Shown piece by piece: positions 63,641-64,000 of a DNA stretch of 64,000 nt. The position numbers and the translations under genes were made by a program. Each line of letters starts with the position of its first letter. Position 1 is the first letter of the stretch. The notes below the pieces were generated by a model. The model did no database searches. It saw only the letters and a list, made by a program, of their open reading frames with translations, and was not told the DNA's origin. Source of the stretch: a virus; the IMG/VR virus record IMGVR_UViG_3300022744_000022, positions 17,933 to 81,932 of that record; one strand, written 5' to 3'.

Positions 63641-64000
63641 GCGACATCTACGTCAACGATGAACTGCACCCCGAAGATAACGCGATGCTGCAAGCGTTGT
63701 ACTCCCGTAGCCCGCAGTCAGTGACCAAGCACCTGGAAAAGGTGAAGCTCGCGGGTTCGGGCAACTTCATGGGTCAATACTACGTTGGGTATGGGCACCA
63801 ATCGATCGGGGACTGCGGCACTACCACGCTCTACGTGGAGTACGTTTCGATGCTTGCCGCCAAGGCCATCCAAGACTCCCCGCTCTACAACGGTCAGGAA
63901 GCCTCGACGCGCTATCTAGACATGTCCAAGCAGCCCGTCTTGAATCCTATCGGGACACCCCGAGGGAAGGTGATTCAAGACCTCTGGATGGAGTTCTACA
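63637..64000 (+). CDS. thyX: FAD-dependent thymidylate synthase-like protein (ThyX/Thy1), 3' truncated
   Basis: ATGA overlap; ALYSRS, YYVGYGHQSIGD, VSMLAAKAI, QEASTRY; runs off the window. Confidence 0.75.
   Translation, partial: MSDIYVNDELHPEDNAMLQALYSRSPQSVTKHLEKVKLAGSGNFMGQYYVGYGHQSIGDCGTTTLYVEYVSMLAAKAIQDSPLYNGQEASTRYLDMSKQPVLNPIGTPRGKVIQDLWMEFY

Noticed and set aside
1..64000. tRNA/rRNA genes and stop-codon reassignment
   Set aside because: Intergenic gaps are short with no cloverleaf signatures noticed; long ORFs tile the window under the standard code

Overview
This window is a 64-kb, GC-rich, almost entirely + strand segment of a large tailed (myovirus-like, probably jumbo) phage or prophage. 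A myxobacterial-style Cys-rich lipoprotein gene suggests a Myxococcota host (inference). 1-41 kb is a baseplate/tail-fibre region: a >2000-aa virion protein, gp25-like, baseplate-J-like and gp48/gpI-like wedge proteins, a 1693-aa Ig/lectin-repeat protein, a tail-collar-like protein, two paralogous fibre-anchor proteins and a beta-helix tailspike. It is interrupted by an HNH endonuclease, a zincin metalloprotease and an accessory island (SpeD, Cys-rich lipoprotein, XRE HTH, GIY-YIG). 41-48.5 kb holds a minus-strand wHTH/J-domain operon, a catalytically truncated DNA methyltransferase relic, a putative lysis cassette, a second SpeD-family decarboxylase and a second J-domain protein. 48.5-58.7 kb is a replication module: SNF2 helicase, degenerate DnaC-like loader, intein-containing DnaB, stand-alone primase Zn finger and family A polymerase. 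58.7-64 kb holds a DUF2997/DUF1257/Ycf46-like AAA module and nucleotide-metabolism genes (NDT-like, 5'-deoxynucleotidase, partial ThyX-like). The most notable observations are a GGTGTA motif 9-11 nt before SD-less start codons (leaderless phage promoter class), a holin/IM-protein/OM-beta-barrel lysis cassette, two SpeD paralogues, a shared YTY[RK]RA N-terminal tag, and the phage-borne myxobacterial surface lipoprotein. All family assignments are from motif recognition by eye; no database searches were run.
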